Of a DNA stretch of 64,000 bases, positions 45,945 to 56,968 are shown piece by piece. The DNA is from Gemmatimonadales bacterium. Its GTDB lineage: Bacteria > Gemmatimonadota > Gemmatimonadetes > Gemmatimonadales > GWC2-71-9. The stretch's first letter is position 1. Each line of letters opens with the position of its first letter. The stretch spans positions 512,001-576,000 of the forward strand of contig JBBCJC010000003.1 of assembly GCA_037189525.1 (NCBI GenBank), read 5' to 3'. Below the pieces are notes generated by a model. That model saw only the letters and a program-made list of their open reading frames with translations. It was not told the origin of the DNA and ran no database searches. Both the position numbers and the translations under genes were made by a program.

Positions 45945-46757
45945 ATGCCGCCACGCCTCGAACCCCTCGCGCCCGGTCGGGCGCCGGACCTGACCGACAA
46001 GGAGGCCCGGGCCGCCGCCGGGACACCCAAGGGCAAGGAAGCCGATGCGTTGCTCGACCCACTGCGCCACCGGATGGAGGTGCTGCAGCACGCGCTGGGT
46101 GCGGAGGATCGGCGCGCGGTGCTGGTGGTGCTCCAGGGGCGCGATGCCTCAGGGAAAGACGGCACCGTCAAGAAGGTCTTCGGCGATCTGAACCCAGCCT
46201 ACTGCCGGGTCAGTACCTTCAAACGTCCCACGCCGCTCGAACTGCGCCACGATTTTCTCTGGCGGGTCCATCAACAGACTCCGCCCGCCGGAGTGATCGG
46301 CGTGTTCAACCGGTCTCACTACGAAGACGTACTCGCGGTTCGGGTGCACGAGTTGGCGCCGGAAGCTCTCTGGCGCGCGCGCTACCGGCACATCAACGAT
46401 TTCGAACGGATGCTGGTCGACCACGGGGTCACGATCCTCAAGTTTTTTCTGCACATCTCGAAAGGTGAGCAGCGGGAGCGGCTCGAGGAACGGCTGGACG
46501 ACCCGACCAAGAACTGGAAATTCGACGTGGGTGATCTGGCGGAGCGAGACCGCTGGGACGCCTATACCGCGGCTTACCGCGACATGTTCGTCGAAACGGG
46601 GACGGCGCACGCGCCGTGGTATCTGGTCCCGGCCGATCAGAAGTCGGTGCGGGATCTGCTGATTGCCGAGGTCGTGGTGGATGCGCTGGAACGGCTCGAC
46701 CCCCGCTATCCCGCGGCGGATCCGGCCGTGCTGGCTTTCAGGGGAAAGATCCGCTGA
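45945..46757 (+). CDS. Polyphosphate kinase 2 family protein (probably class III)
   Basis: LQGRDASGKDG, FK.PT, FNRSHYEDVL, KFFLHISK.EQ, WK....D, APWY.VPAD.K. Confidence 0.92.
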   Translation: MPPRLEPLAPGRAPDLTDKEARAAAGTPKGKEADALLDPLRHRMEVLQHALGAEDRRAVLVVLQGRDASGKDGTVKKVFGDLNPAYCRVSTFKRPTPLELRHDFLWRVHQQTPPAGVIGVFNRSHYEDVLAVRVHELAPEALWRARYRHINDFERMLVDHGVTILKFFLHISKGEQRERLEERLDDPTKNWKFDVGDLAERDRWDAYTAAYRDMFVETGTAHAPWYLVPADQKSVRDLLIAEVVVDALERLDPRYPAADPAVLAFRGKIR

Positions 46758-46766
46758 TCCGGCGGG

Positions 46767-47225
46767 TCAGAACGTGCCGCCCGGTCCCGCAATCAGATAG
46801 GCGAGCCGGTCGCCGTTCATGTAGAACGGGAACTTGGTTGCAAAGGCGTTGACGAATTTGGCGGTGAGCTTGGCGTCGCTCGACGACACCGCTATCGACA
46901 CCAGGGGAAAATTGCCCGCCGGGACGTGATCGTAGTCGAGCACGTAATAGGTGCGGTCGAAGGAGGTGTTGAGCCCGCCGGGGAGATACTGCGCCAGTCC
47001 CTGCGGAATCTGGCCGGCGCCGGCCTCGGGAGGCCAGCCGTCGTGGTCCGCGTAGTAGTTCAACGCCGCCACGGTGACCGAGCGGAAGTCGGCTGTCAGG
47101 GAGGCTACCCGCGCGGTCGACCGCAGGTCGATGTATTTGAGCATCCCCAGCGTGGCCAGCATGCTGACGATCAGGGTGACCATGATCATCTCGACCAGGG
47201 TAAACCCACGCCGGTTGCTGCGCAT
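46767..47225 (-). CDS. Type IV pilin / prepilin-type N-methylation protein
   Basis: MRSNRRG|FTLVEMIMV cleavage motif with Glu5, followed by a hydrophobic helix. TGATG overlap with the upstream gene. Confidence 0.9.
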   Translation of the reverse strand: MRSNRRGFTLVEMIMVTLIVSMLATLGMLKYIDLRSTARVASLTADFRSVTVAALNYYADHDGWPPEAGAGQIPQGLAQYLPGGLNTSFDRTYYVLDYDHVPAGNFPLVSIAVSSSDAKLTAKFVNAFATKFPFYMNGDRLAYLIAGPGGTF

Positions 47226-47716
47226 CACTGCCGCCTCTGCAGCGCATGGATCGCGCTGGCGGCAATCGACTCGATCGGGCTCGAGGGCCGGAGCCGGATC
47301 AGCGAATCGCCGCTCGGCAGGCTCACTTCGAAATCATGCGCACCAAGCTTTGTGAAACCGATCGCCTGGTTGGTGACACCCGCTTCGTCGAGCGTCGCCG
47401 GCAGACGGCCGGTCCGTGCCTCGTAGTTCCGGATCCGTCCGACCGCATCCACCAGCGTCAGTTCGGCCGATGCGGTGCGAATGGCAGGAGTCTCCACTGG
47501 CAAGCCCGGGCCTACCAGCCATGCGGGCCGGAGGGCAAGCAGGGTTCCTCCCGCAATGAGGAGAGCTGCCAGGGCCACGCGCAGCGCGGTCTGACCCTGA
47601 CGCGTTCCGCGCCGCGCCTGGTCGGCGGCTTTGGTCCGCTGGTCGGCCACCGCGGCCTGGGCCGCCTGGTACAGCGCACTCTTGCTGTGTGTCTGATTCG
47701 ACGTGTTGCGCCCCAT
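47225..47716 (-). CDS. Single-TM hypothetical protein with pseudopilin-like features
   Basis: TM helix (ALRVALAALLIAGGTLLAL), then a helix and Y...TGRLPATL. No GFTLxE motif. Confidence 0.65.
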   Translation of the reverse strand: MGRNTSNQTHSKSALYQAAQAAVADQRTKAADQARRGTRQGQTALRVALAALLIAGGTLLALRPAWLVGPGLPVETPAIRTASAELTLVDAVGRIRNYEARTGRLPATLDEAGVTNQAIGFTKLGAHDFEVSLPSGDSLIRLRPSSPIESIAASAIHALQRRQ

Positions 47717-47952
47717 GCTCTCAGCCCCTTTCCGGAGGCCCCACCCCCAACTTAATCGGACGATCCGATTGACCGGACGATTTTTCCGCCGGATTCGCCA
47801 GGCGGAGGTGGTCGAGGCCGTTTCGGAAGCCGGTCGCCTGCTGGTATACTAAGCTTTGACGTGGCAACGTTCTAGACACCATGCAAGACGACGCGGCTGG
47901 AGGCCCGATGAGCCCCCCTCCGAACGGCTTGCCGGCTTTCATATCGAGTTTC

Positions 47953-49212
47953 ATGCCATCCTTGGACCTGATCGCCGTTCCTGGCGACAAGAGCATCACC
48001 CACCGGGCTCTGATGCTGGCCGCCCTGGCGCGGGGAACCAGCCGGATTACCCGCCCATTGACCTCCCTCGACGCCCGCTCGACCGCCCGGGTGCTTCGCC
48101 AACTCGGCGCCACGATTGGATCCCTGCGCAGCGAGGGAACCGTGCTGGTGACCGGCCGGGGTCGCTTTCGCGAGCCGGTAGCTACGCTCCATTGCGGCAA
48201 CTCCGGCACCACCGCCCGGCTGATGCTCGGGCTGCTGGCGCCCCATCGGTTTGCCAGCCGCCTGACCGGCGATGCCAGCCTGCGTCGTCGTCCGATGCGG
48301 CGGCTCACCGAGCCACTCGGCGCCATGGGTGCGCGTTTCGAGCCTCTCTTGGCCGACCGGCTGCCGCTCGTGATCCGCGGCGGCAAGCTCGAGAGCATCC
48401 GCTGGGAATTGCCGGTTTCGAGCGCGCAGCTCAAGAGCGCTTTGCTCCTGGCCGGCATCGTCGGCGATGTGCCGGTGTCCGTCAAAGAGCCGCACGGCAA
48501 GGCGCGCGATCACACCGAGCGGATGCTGCGAGGGCTGGGCTTCACGGTTCGGGAGCGTGGCGGCTGGGTCGGCCTCGAGGGCGGGGGGCCGATCGCGCCC
48601 TTCGAGATCGCGGTGCCCGGCGATCCGAGCTCGGCGGCCTTTCTGGTCGGGGCCGGGTTGCTGGGCAGCCGCCAGGTGCGGATCGGCCCGGTCGGCCTCA
48701 ACCCGACTCGGACGGCTTTTCTCGATGTGCTGTCCCGGATGGGCGCTGCGGTCGACGCGGAGGTGTCCGGGACCGAACTGGGCGAACCGGTCGGCACCAT
48801 CGAGGTCGGGCCCGGAACGCTCAAGGCTACGGTGGTTCCCGCCGGGGAGATTCCGGCGCTGATTGATGAGGTGCCGCTGCTCGCGGTCATGGCCGCGCGC
48901 GCCGAGGGGACCACGCGGTTCGATGAAGTCGGCGAACTCCGGGTCAAGGAGAGCGATCGGCTGGCGCTCATCGCGGAGAATCTGGTCCGGTTGGGCTACC
49001 GGGCAGCGGGTGAGGGCAACACGCTGATCGTGGAGGGGAGTGATCATCCGCCGCGCGGCCGCGTGCGCACCGACGGCGACCACCGCATTGCAATGGCGTT
49101 TGCCGTGCTGGGCACGGTGCCGGGCGCGCGCATCGTGGTCGATGATCCCGACTGTGCCGCCGTCAGCTTTCCGGGGTTCGACGCCGCGCTCCGCCAGGTG
49201 CGGGGCCGCTGA
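47953..49212 (+). CDS. aroA: EPSP synthase
   Basis: PGDKSITHRA, CGNSGTTARL, RRPM.R, SSAQLKSA, RDHTERML, ELRVKESDR, DHRIAM, SFPGF. ATG 47953 chosen as start. Confidence 0.97.
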   Translation: MPSLDLIAVPGDKSITHRALMLAALARGTSRITRPLTSLDARSTARVLRQLGATIGSLRSEGTVLVTGRGRFREPVATLHCGNSGTTARLMLGLLAPHRFASRLTGDASLRRRPMRRLTEPLGAMGARFEPLLADRLPLVIRGGKLESIRWELPVSSAQLKSALLLAGIVGDVPVSVKEPHGKARDHTERMLRGLGFTVRERGGWVGLEGGGPIAPFEIAVPGDPSSAAFLVGAGLLGSRQVRIGPVGLNPTRTAFLDVLSRMGAAVDAEVSGTELGEPVGTIEVGPGTLKATVVPAGEIPALIDEVPLLAVMAARAEGTTRFDEVGELRVKESDRLALIAENLVRLGYRAAGEGNTLIVEGSDHPPRGRVRTDGDHRIAMAFAVLGTVPGARIVVDDPDCAAVSFPGFDAALRQVRGR

Positions 49213-49886
49213 TGACGGTGCGCGTCATTGCGATCGATGGTCCCGCTGCGTCGGGGAAGTCGTCGACGGCGTCGGCCGTGGCCCGTCGAATCGGGGCCTA
49301 CCATCTCGACTCCGGCGCGCTCTATCGCGGCCTCACGGCGGTGGCGCTCGATGCCGGAACCGACGACCCGGCCGAGGTCATTGCCGCCGCCGAGCAGCGC
49401 GGTCTGGCGCTGGTGCGCGACGGGATCGAGATCGTGCCGGTCCTGGATGGCCGGGCTGCCGAGCCGGTGATCCGTTCGGCCGCCGTCACGGGGCATGTCT
49501 CCGCGATTGCTGCGCTCGGACCGCTTCGCGACTGGGTCAATCACCGCCTCCGGGCGGTGGCCGATGGCGGGCACCTGCTGGTGCTGGACGGGCGTGATAT
49601 CGGCACCGCCGTCTTTCCCGAGGCCCCGCTCAAGTTCTTTCTCACCGCCACACCGGAGGCCAGAGCCCGCCGGCGCCTGCGGCAGCGGGGGGCAGCCCCC
49701 GACGGCCCGGCCCTCCGGCAAGAAGCCGAGGCGCTGGCGGCCCGGGATGCCTTCGACTCGGAGCGAGCCGTGGCACCACTTCGCCAGGCGGATGACGCCG
49801 TGCTGCTCGATACCACCAATCTCTCCTTCGACGACCAGGTCGCCCGGATCGTGGCGGCCGCCAGGGCGGTTCTGCACCAGTCCTGA
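49212..49886 (+). CDS. cmk: Cytidylate kinase
   Basis: IAIDGPAASGKSS, DSGALYR, DGRDIGT.VFP, RD..DS.R..APL. Confidence 0.96.
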   Translation: MTVRVIAIDGPAASGKSSTASAVARRIGAYHLDSGALYRGLTAVALDAGTDDPAEVIAAAEQRGLALVRDGIEIVPVLDGRAAEPVIRSAAVTGHVSAIAALGPLRDWVNHRLRAVADGGHLLVLDGRDIGTAVFPEAPLKFFLTATPEARARRRLRQRGAAPDGPALRQEAEALAARDAFDSERAVAPLRQADDAVLLDTTNLSFDDQVARIVAAARAVLHQS

Positions 49887-49905
49887 GCCCTCCCGGGCCT
49901 CCGCC

Positions 49906-49934
49906 TTGTTTGGCGGCCGGCCGGCCAATATCTT
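49906..49934 (+). promoter_or_regulatory. Candidate promoter for rpsA
   Basis: TTGTTT, 17-bp spacer, TATCTT in the cmk-rpsA gap. Confidence 0.4.
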
Positions 49935-50019
49935 TCCTTGCTGGCCTGGATCGCGTCGATCCTGGCGTCTTTCACTTCAACCCCGGGTGAGTTCGTCCCG
50001 GGTGCTCAGGAGGATCTCC

Positions 50020-51729
50020 ATGTCCAAACCCCGCAAGTCAGGGGCTGCCCAGTTCTCGACCGCGACGGGCCTTCGCGTCCGCACGGATTTGTACGACGAG
50101 AACTATTCGGATGCCGATTACGAAAGCATGCTCTCGTTGTACGAGGGCACCATGGCCCAGATCGTCGAGGGCGAGATCGTCAAGTCGAAGGTCCTCCGGA
50201 TCACCGACAACGCGGTCATCCTCGATGTCGGGTTCAAGTCCGAAGGCTCCGTACCGCTCGACGAGTTCAAGGAGCGGCCGCAAGAGGGTGAAGAGGTCGA
50301 GGTTTTCCTGGAGCACCTGGAGGATCAGGAGGGCGCGGTCGTGCTCTCCAAGAAGAAGGCCGACTTCATGCGGGTCTGGGAAAAGATCCGCGTGGCCCAC
50401 GAGAACGACGAGCCGGTGCAGGGCACCTTGATGAAGAAGATCAAGGGCGGCGTGGTCGTGAACGTGATGGGCGTCGACGCCTTCCTCCCGGGGTCGCAGA
50501 TTGCGCTCCGCCGGGTGCCCAACATCGACGAGCTGCTGGGACAGAACTTCGAGTTCAAGATCATCAAGCTCAACAAGCGCCGCCGGAACATCGTGGTGTC
50601 GCGCCGCGTGATCCTCGAGAACGAGCGGGCCAGCAAGCGCGAGCACCTGATGAAGGAGCTCCAGCCGCAGCAGGTGCGCAAGGGCGTGGTCAAGAACATC
50701 ACGGACTTCGGCGCGTTCATCGATCTCGGTGGCGTCGACGGCCTGCTCCACATCACCGACATGTCGTACGGCCGGGTGTCGCACCCGACCGAGCTGGTCC
50801 AGATCGGCTCCGAGGTCGAGGTCAAGATCCTGGACATCGACTGGCAGCGTGAGCGGATCTCGCTGGGCATGAAGCAGCTCCAGCCGTATCCGTGGAAGGA
50901 CATCGCCGAGAAGTACCCGGTCGGTACGCGGGTGCAGGGCAAGGTGGTCTCGATCACCAACTACGGCGCCTTCGTCGAGCTCGAGGCGGGCATCGAAGGT
51001 CTGGTGCACATCTCCGAGATGAGCTGGACCCGCAACGTCCGGCATCCGTCGAAGATCGTCTCCATCGGCGAGACTATCGAGGCGGTGGTGCTCAAGGTCG
51101 ACGAGACCGAAGAGAAGATCTCGCTCGGTATGAAGCAGACCGAGCAGGACCCGTGGATGATCCTGCCGCAGCGGTACCCGGTGGGCACCCGGATCCAGGG
51201 CAAGGTGCGCAACCTGACCAGCTTCGGCGCCTTCGTCGAGATCGAACCGGGGATCGATGGCCTGATCCACATCTCCGACATGTCGTGGACCAAGCGGGTG
51301 CAGCATCCGTCGGAAGTCGTCAAGAAGGGCGACGGCGTCGACGTGGTGGTGCTCAACATCGATGCGGAGAACAAGCGGATCTCGCTCGGACTCAAGCAGG
51401 CCGAAGAAGATCCCTGGCTCAAGATCGGCGAGAGCCTCCCGGTCGGGTCGGAAATCCGCGGTCGGATCGTGCGGATGATGGACAAGGGCGTCGTGGTCGA
51501 CCTGGGTAACGACCTCGAGGGCTTTGCGCCGATGTCGCAGCTGGGCTTCGAGAACGTCCAGAACCCGGCCGACGTCGTGACCGAGGGCCAGGTGGCCGAT
51601 GTCGAGGTCATCGAGGTCGATCCGATCCATCACCGGATCGTGGTCGTGGTCAAGACGTATCCGGACGACGAGACCGGCGCGCCGCCCAAGCAGGATCCGC
51701 TGCCGCCGATTACCGACACGATCGAGTAA
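50020..51729 (+). CDS. rpsA: 30S ribosomal protein S1
   Basis: Tandem S1 domains (FGAFIDLGGVDGLLH, YGAFVELE.GIEGLVH, FGAFVEIE.GIDGLIH). ATG 50020 follows AGGAGG. Confidence 0.98.
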   Translation: MSKPRKSGAAQFSTATGLRVRTDLYDENYSDADYESMLSLYEGTMAQIVEGEIVKSKVLRITDNAVILDVGFKSEGSVPLDEFKERPQEGEEVEVFLEHLEDQEGAVVLSKKKADFMRVWEKIRVAHENDEPVQGTLMKKIKGGVVVNVMGVDAFLPGSQIALRRVPNIDELLGQNFEFKIIKLNKRRRNIVVSRRVILENERASKREHLMKELQPQQVRKGVVKNITDFGAFIDLGGVDGLLHITDMSYGRVSHPTELVQIGSEVEVKILDIDWQRERISLGMKQLQPYPWKDIAEKYPVGTRVQGKVVSITNYGAFVELEAGIEGLVHISEMSWTRNVRHPSKIVSIGETIEAVVLKVDETEEKISLGMKQTEQDPWMILPQRYPVGTRIQGKVRNLTSFGAFVEIEPGIDGLIHISDMSWTKRVQHPSEVVKKGDGVDVVVLNIDAENKRISLGLKQAEEDPWLKIGESLPVGSEIRGRIVRMMDKGVVVDLGNDLEGFAPMSQLGFENVQNPADVVTEGQVADVEVIEVDPIHHRIVVVVKTYPDDETGAPPKQDPLPPITDTIE

Positions 51730-51752
51730 TCACGCGACGCTGACGCAGTTGG

Positions 51753-51791
51753 ACGTGGCGGACTCCTTCCGGGGTCCGCCACGTTGCGTTT
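51753..51791 (+). terminator. Terminator-like hairpin after rpsA
   Basis: 14-bp stem ACGTGGCGGACTCC-TTCC-GGGGTCCGCCACGT followed by TGCGTTT. Confidence 0.65.
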
Positions 51792-51989
51792 GGGGGGCGG
51801 TCCTTCCGGTCGGTCGCTTTATGCTCTGGGCGGGCCAGATCGGCGTCCTCGTTCTCCCGCTGACCATCGTCGTCCTGGACCGTCGAGGCCCACCGGCGCG
51901 GCGACATCTGAACCCATTCATTTCCCGTTTCAAACGGCCGGCCGTCGATCCCGTCGCGAGCCGATCGGCGCCCGGTTTAGATTGCCGCC

Positions 51990-53543
<1,554 letters not shown>

Positions 53544-53556
53544 CGGTGACCATTTC

Positions 53557-55056
53557 ATGACGATACGACGTGTCCTGGTGGCCAACCGGGGTGAAATTGC
53601 GCTCCGGATCATTCGGGCGTGCCACGAAGAGGGACTGGAAGCGGTGGCCGTCTACTCCGACGCCGATCGCGGCTCGCCCTATGTGCGCGCGGCCGACGCC
53701 GCGGTCCATATCGGACCGTCGCAGGCTGCGCAAAGCTATCTGCTGATCGATCGGATTCTCGATGCGGCGCGGTCGACGGGCGCGCAGGCGATCCACCCCG
53801 GCTTCGGATTCCTGTCCGAGCGGGCGCCCTTTGCCCGGGCGGTCGAGGCAGCCGGGCTCGTCTTCATCGGCCCGCCCGCCTCCGCCATCGACGCCATGGG
53901 CGACAAGACCGAAGCTCGGCGGCGGATGGAAGCTGCCGGCGTGCCCGTCGTGCCCGGCGCCATGGCCGCCTTGACCGATCCCGCCGAGGCTGCCGTGCTG
54001 GCCGAATCGCTCGGCTATCCGGTCCTGGTCAAAGCGGCGGCGGGCGGCGGCGGGAAGGGAATGCGCGTCGTTCGCGAAGCTGGCGAGCTGTCGGGAGCGC
54101 TCGAGTCCGCGGCGTCGGAGGCGCTCAAGTCCTTCGGTGACGCGTCGGTCTACCTGGAAAAATTCATCGAAGAGCCCAGGCACGTCGAAATCCAGGTCCT
54201 GGCCGATCACGAGCGGACCATCCATCTGGGCGAGCGCGAGTGCTCGGTGCAGCGCCGGCATCAGAAGCTGTTGGAAGAGGCGCCGAGCGTTGCCGTCGAT
54301 GAAGCGCTCCGCGAACGGATGGGAGCGGCTGCCGTGGCCGCGGCTCGCGCCGTCGGGTATCGGAGCGCGGGCACCTGCGAGTTCCTCCTGGCCCGCGACG
54401 GTTCGTTCTACTTCCTCGAGATGAACACCCGGATCCAGGTCGAGCACCCCGTCACCGAACTGATCTACGGGGTCGATCTGGTGCGCGAGCAGCTGCGCAT
54501 CATGCGCGGCTTGCCGATGAGCGTGCCCGAGGGGCCGCTCACCCCGCGGGGCTGGGCCATCGAATGCCGGATCACGAGTGAAGATCCGGCCAACGGATTT
54601 TTGCCGTCGACCGGGCGGATCGAGTATCTCCGCAGTCCGGCCGGCCCCGGCGTGCGCTGGGACAGCGGCGTCGAAACGGGTGACGAGGTGGGTCTCTTCT
54701 ACGATTCGATGCTCGCCAAGCTGATCGTGCTTGGCCGCTCCCGAGAAGACGCGATCGTCCGGATGGAACGCGCCCTCTGGGAACTGGTCGTGGTCGGCGT
54801 CGCCACCAATCAGTCGTTTCATCTGCGGCTCCTGGCGGATCCCGACTTCCGGGCCGGCAACATCCATATCCAATTCCTGGAACAGCGCCCCGATCTGATC
54901 ACGGGGCCGGCGGCGCCCGAGGTCGTCGAGCGTCTGGCCGTGGCGGCGGCGCTGGCTGAGCATGAACGGCGCCTGTCGCACAAGCCCGCCGTGGCGGTCG
55001 ACGACGGCCGGGCCAGCGCCTGGTTGGCCCGGGCCCGGCAGGAGGGGCTTCGGTAG
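53557..55056 (+). CDS. Biotin carboxylase subunit of an acyl-CoA carboxylase
   Basis: LVANRGEIA, HPGFGFLSE, GGGGKGMR, ERECSVQRRHQK, FLEMNTRIQVEH, YDSMLAK. Confidence 0.95.
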   Translation: MTIRRVLVANRGEIALRIIRACHEEGLEAVAVYSDADRGSPYVRAADAAVHIGPSQAAQSYLLIDRILDAARSTGAQAIHPGFGFLSERAPFARAVEAAGLVFIGPPASAIDAMGDKTEARRRMEAAGVPVVPGAMAALTDPAEAAVLAESLGYPVLVKAAAGGGGKGMRVVREAGELSGALESAASEALKSFGDASVYLEKFIEEPRHVEIQVLADHERTIHLGERECSVQRRHQKLLEEAPSVAVDEALRERMGAAAVAAARAVGYRSAGTCEFLLARDGSFYFLEMNTRIQVEHPVTELIYGVDLVREQLRIMRGLPMSVPEGPLTPRGWAIECRITSEDPANGFLPSTGRIEYLRSPAGPGVRWDSGVETGDEVGLFYDSMLAKLIVLGRSREDAIVRMERALWELVVVGVATNQSFHLRLLADPDFRAGNIHIQFLEQRPDLITGPAAPEVVERLAVAAALAEHERRLSHKPAVAVDDGRASAWLARARQEGLR

Positions 55057-55059
55057 GCG

Positions 55060-56307
55060 GTGACGACCGAGCTACTGCCGATCGACCGGATGGCAGCGGG
55101 CGGCGTCGGCGTCGGGCGCCTGGCGGACGGGCGCGTGGCTTTCGTGCCGCGTACCGCGCCGGGCGACCGGGTCGAGATGCGGGTGATGCAGGTGGCGCCG
55201 CGGTTCGTGCGCGGCCGCCTGGTGCGCATCGTCGAGCCCGGCCCCGACCGGACCGAGCCCGGGTGTCCGCACTATGTCGCCGATGAATGCGGCGGGTGCC
55301 AGCTCCAGCATCTGTCGGCCGAGGCCCAGCGGCTGGCCCGACGCGCCATCGTGGGCGACGCGATCCGGCGGATCGGCAAGCTGGCGGCCGACGATCCGCC
55401 GCTGGTCCCGGCCGCCGCGGAATGGGGCTACCGGGCCAAGATCTCCCTGAGCCGACGGTCCAACGGGGCGGTGGGCTATCATCGGTACGATCGCCCCGGC
55501 GAGATCTTTCCGGTGCGCGAGTGTCCCATCGCGGCTGAGGGCATCAACCGCCTGCTGAGCCGGCTGCGCCAGAGCCGTCCGGACCTGCCGCGTCACCTGG
55601 CTCGGCTGGTGCTTCGGCTCGACCGGTCGGGAGCGGAGCACGTCGTCGTGGAAACCGGGGAGGGGCCGGTGTGGCAGGGCGGCCGCGCGCTCCATGCGGC
55701 CATCCAGGCCGAGGCGCCGCTCACGATCTGGTGGCGCCAGGCGGGTGAGGCGCCGCGGGCCGTGGCCGGGAGTGACAGCGCCTATCCGCCGACGGCGTTC
55801 GAGCAGGTCAATCCGGTCATGGGCGACCGGGTTCGGGCGGCGGCGGTGGAGCGCCTGGGTGCGGTCGGGGGGCGGTCGGTCTGGGATCTCTATGCCGGCA
55901 TTGGGGAAACCAGCACCATGCTCGCCGAAGGCGGCGCGGACGTTGTCAGCGTCGAGTGGGACCGCAGCGCCGTGGCCGAGTCGGCTCGGCGGCAGGCGTC
56001 CTTTGGCCGGCAGATCGAGCGGATCGCCGGCGCCGTCGAGCGGGTCATCGGATCGCTCGGCCGCCCGGACCGGGTGGTGGTCAATCCGCCCCGGTCCGGG
56101 ATGGCAGCTGCGGTGGTCGACGGTCTCCGGGAGCGGCGTCCGGAGCGGATCGTCTATGTCTCCTGTGATCCGGCAACGCTGGGCCGGGACCTGGCCCGTC
56201 TGGTCGGGTCGGGGCCGCCGGCCTATCGGCTCGTGAGCCTGGAAGCCTTCGATCTCTTCCCTCAGACGGCCCATGTGGAAACCGTGGCCGTGATGGAGCG
56301 GGCATGA
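55060..56307 (+). CDS. RNA m5U methyltransferase, RlmD/TrmA family with TRAM domain
   Basis: CPHY...CGGCQ Fe-S motif, F.QVN, DLYAGIG, NPPRSG, YVSCDPATL.RD, D.FPQT.HVE. Confidence 0.9.
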   Translation: MTTELLPIDRMAAGGVGVGRLADGRVAFVPRTAPGDRVEMRVMQVAPRFVRGRLVRIVEPGPDRTEPGCPHYVADECGGCQLQHLSAEAQRLARRAIVGDAIRRIGKLAADDPPLVPAAAEWGYRAKISLSRRSNGAVGYHRYDRPGEIFPVRECPIAAEGINRLLSRLRQSRPDLPRHLARLVLRLDRSGAEHVVVETGEGPVWQGGRALHAAIQAEAPLTIWWRQAGEAPRAVAGSDSAYPPTAFEQVNPVMGDRVRAAAVERLGAVGGRSVWDLYAGIGETSTMLAEGGADVVSVEWDRSAVAESARRQASFGRQIERIAGAVERVIGSLGRPDRVVVNPPRSGMAAAVVDGLRERRPERIVYVSCDPATLGRDLARLVGSGPPAYRLVSLEAFDLFPQTAHVETVAVMERA

Positions 56308-56819
56308 AATACGTCGTGACGATTGCGGGTCAGCAGGTCGAGGTCGAGGTGATGCCCGAAGGGGTCCGGGTCGGCGGGACGCTCCGCCGGGCGGAACTCC
56401 GGCGGGTTCCGGGGACCCCGCTCGCCAACCTCCTGCTGGATGACTCCTCCTGGATCGTGACCTTGTCTCCGGGCAAGCCGGGAGAGTGGGCCCTGCAGCG
56501 GCGTGGCGAGCGGTTCGAGGTCGACGTGGTCGATGAACGGACCCGTCACATCCGGAGCCTGGTGGGCGAGGGCAAGGCCCAGGGCGGGCCGGTGGTGCTC
56601 AAGGCGCCGATGCCGGGGCTGGTGGTCCGGGTCCTGGTGGAGCCGGGCCAGTCGGTCGTGGCGGGCCAGGGCCTGGTCGTTCTCGAGGCCATGAAGATGG
56701 AAAACGAGCTCAAAGCGGCCGGCCCGGGCATCGTCGACCAGATCCTGGCCACGCCCGGACAGGCCGTCGAGAAAGGGGCGCAGCTGATCACCTTTGCCGC
56801 ACCACCGGCGGCCTCCTGA
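56304..56819 (+). CDS. Biotin carboxyl carrier protein
   Basis: APMPG and the biotinylation motif LEAMKMENE. Confidence 0.93.
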   Translation: MKYVVTIAGQQVEVEVMPEGVRVGGTLRRAELRRVPGTPLANLLLDDSSWIVTLSPGKPGEWALQRRGERFEVDVVDERTRHIRSLVGEGKAQGGPVVLKAPMPGLVVRVLVEPGQSVVAGQGLVVLEAMKMENELKAAGPGIVDQILATPGQAVEKGAQLITFAAPPAAS

Positions 56820-56882
56820 CGGCGAGGAGACCCCGACGCCCCCGGACCTGAGCCGCGACAGGCGTGCCGGCCGGGGTTAAAC

Positions 56883-56912
56883 TTGACCTAAGTCAAGCCC
56901 CCACAGTATTAT
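56883..56912 (+). promoter_or_regulatory. Sigma70 promoter of rplM-rpsI, with a palindrome over the -35
   Basis: TTGACC (56883-56888), 18-bp spacer, TATTAT (56907-56912). CTTGAC-CTAA-GTCAAG at 56882-56897. Confidence 0.65.
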
Positions 56913-56968
56913 TCATGGCTCCGCGATAATCGCGACGAGCGCCGAACATAGAGGATGCACGCACGGCC

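Noticed and set aside
39196..47716. tRNA-anchored genomic island or prophage
   Set aside because: No integrase, transposase or phage gene, no visible duplication of the tRNA 3' end, and GC and codon style look like the flanking DNA.
47862..47878. Sigma54 promoter (TGGCAAC) upstream of aroA
   Set aside because: No TTGC -12 element at the required spacing.
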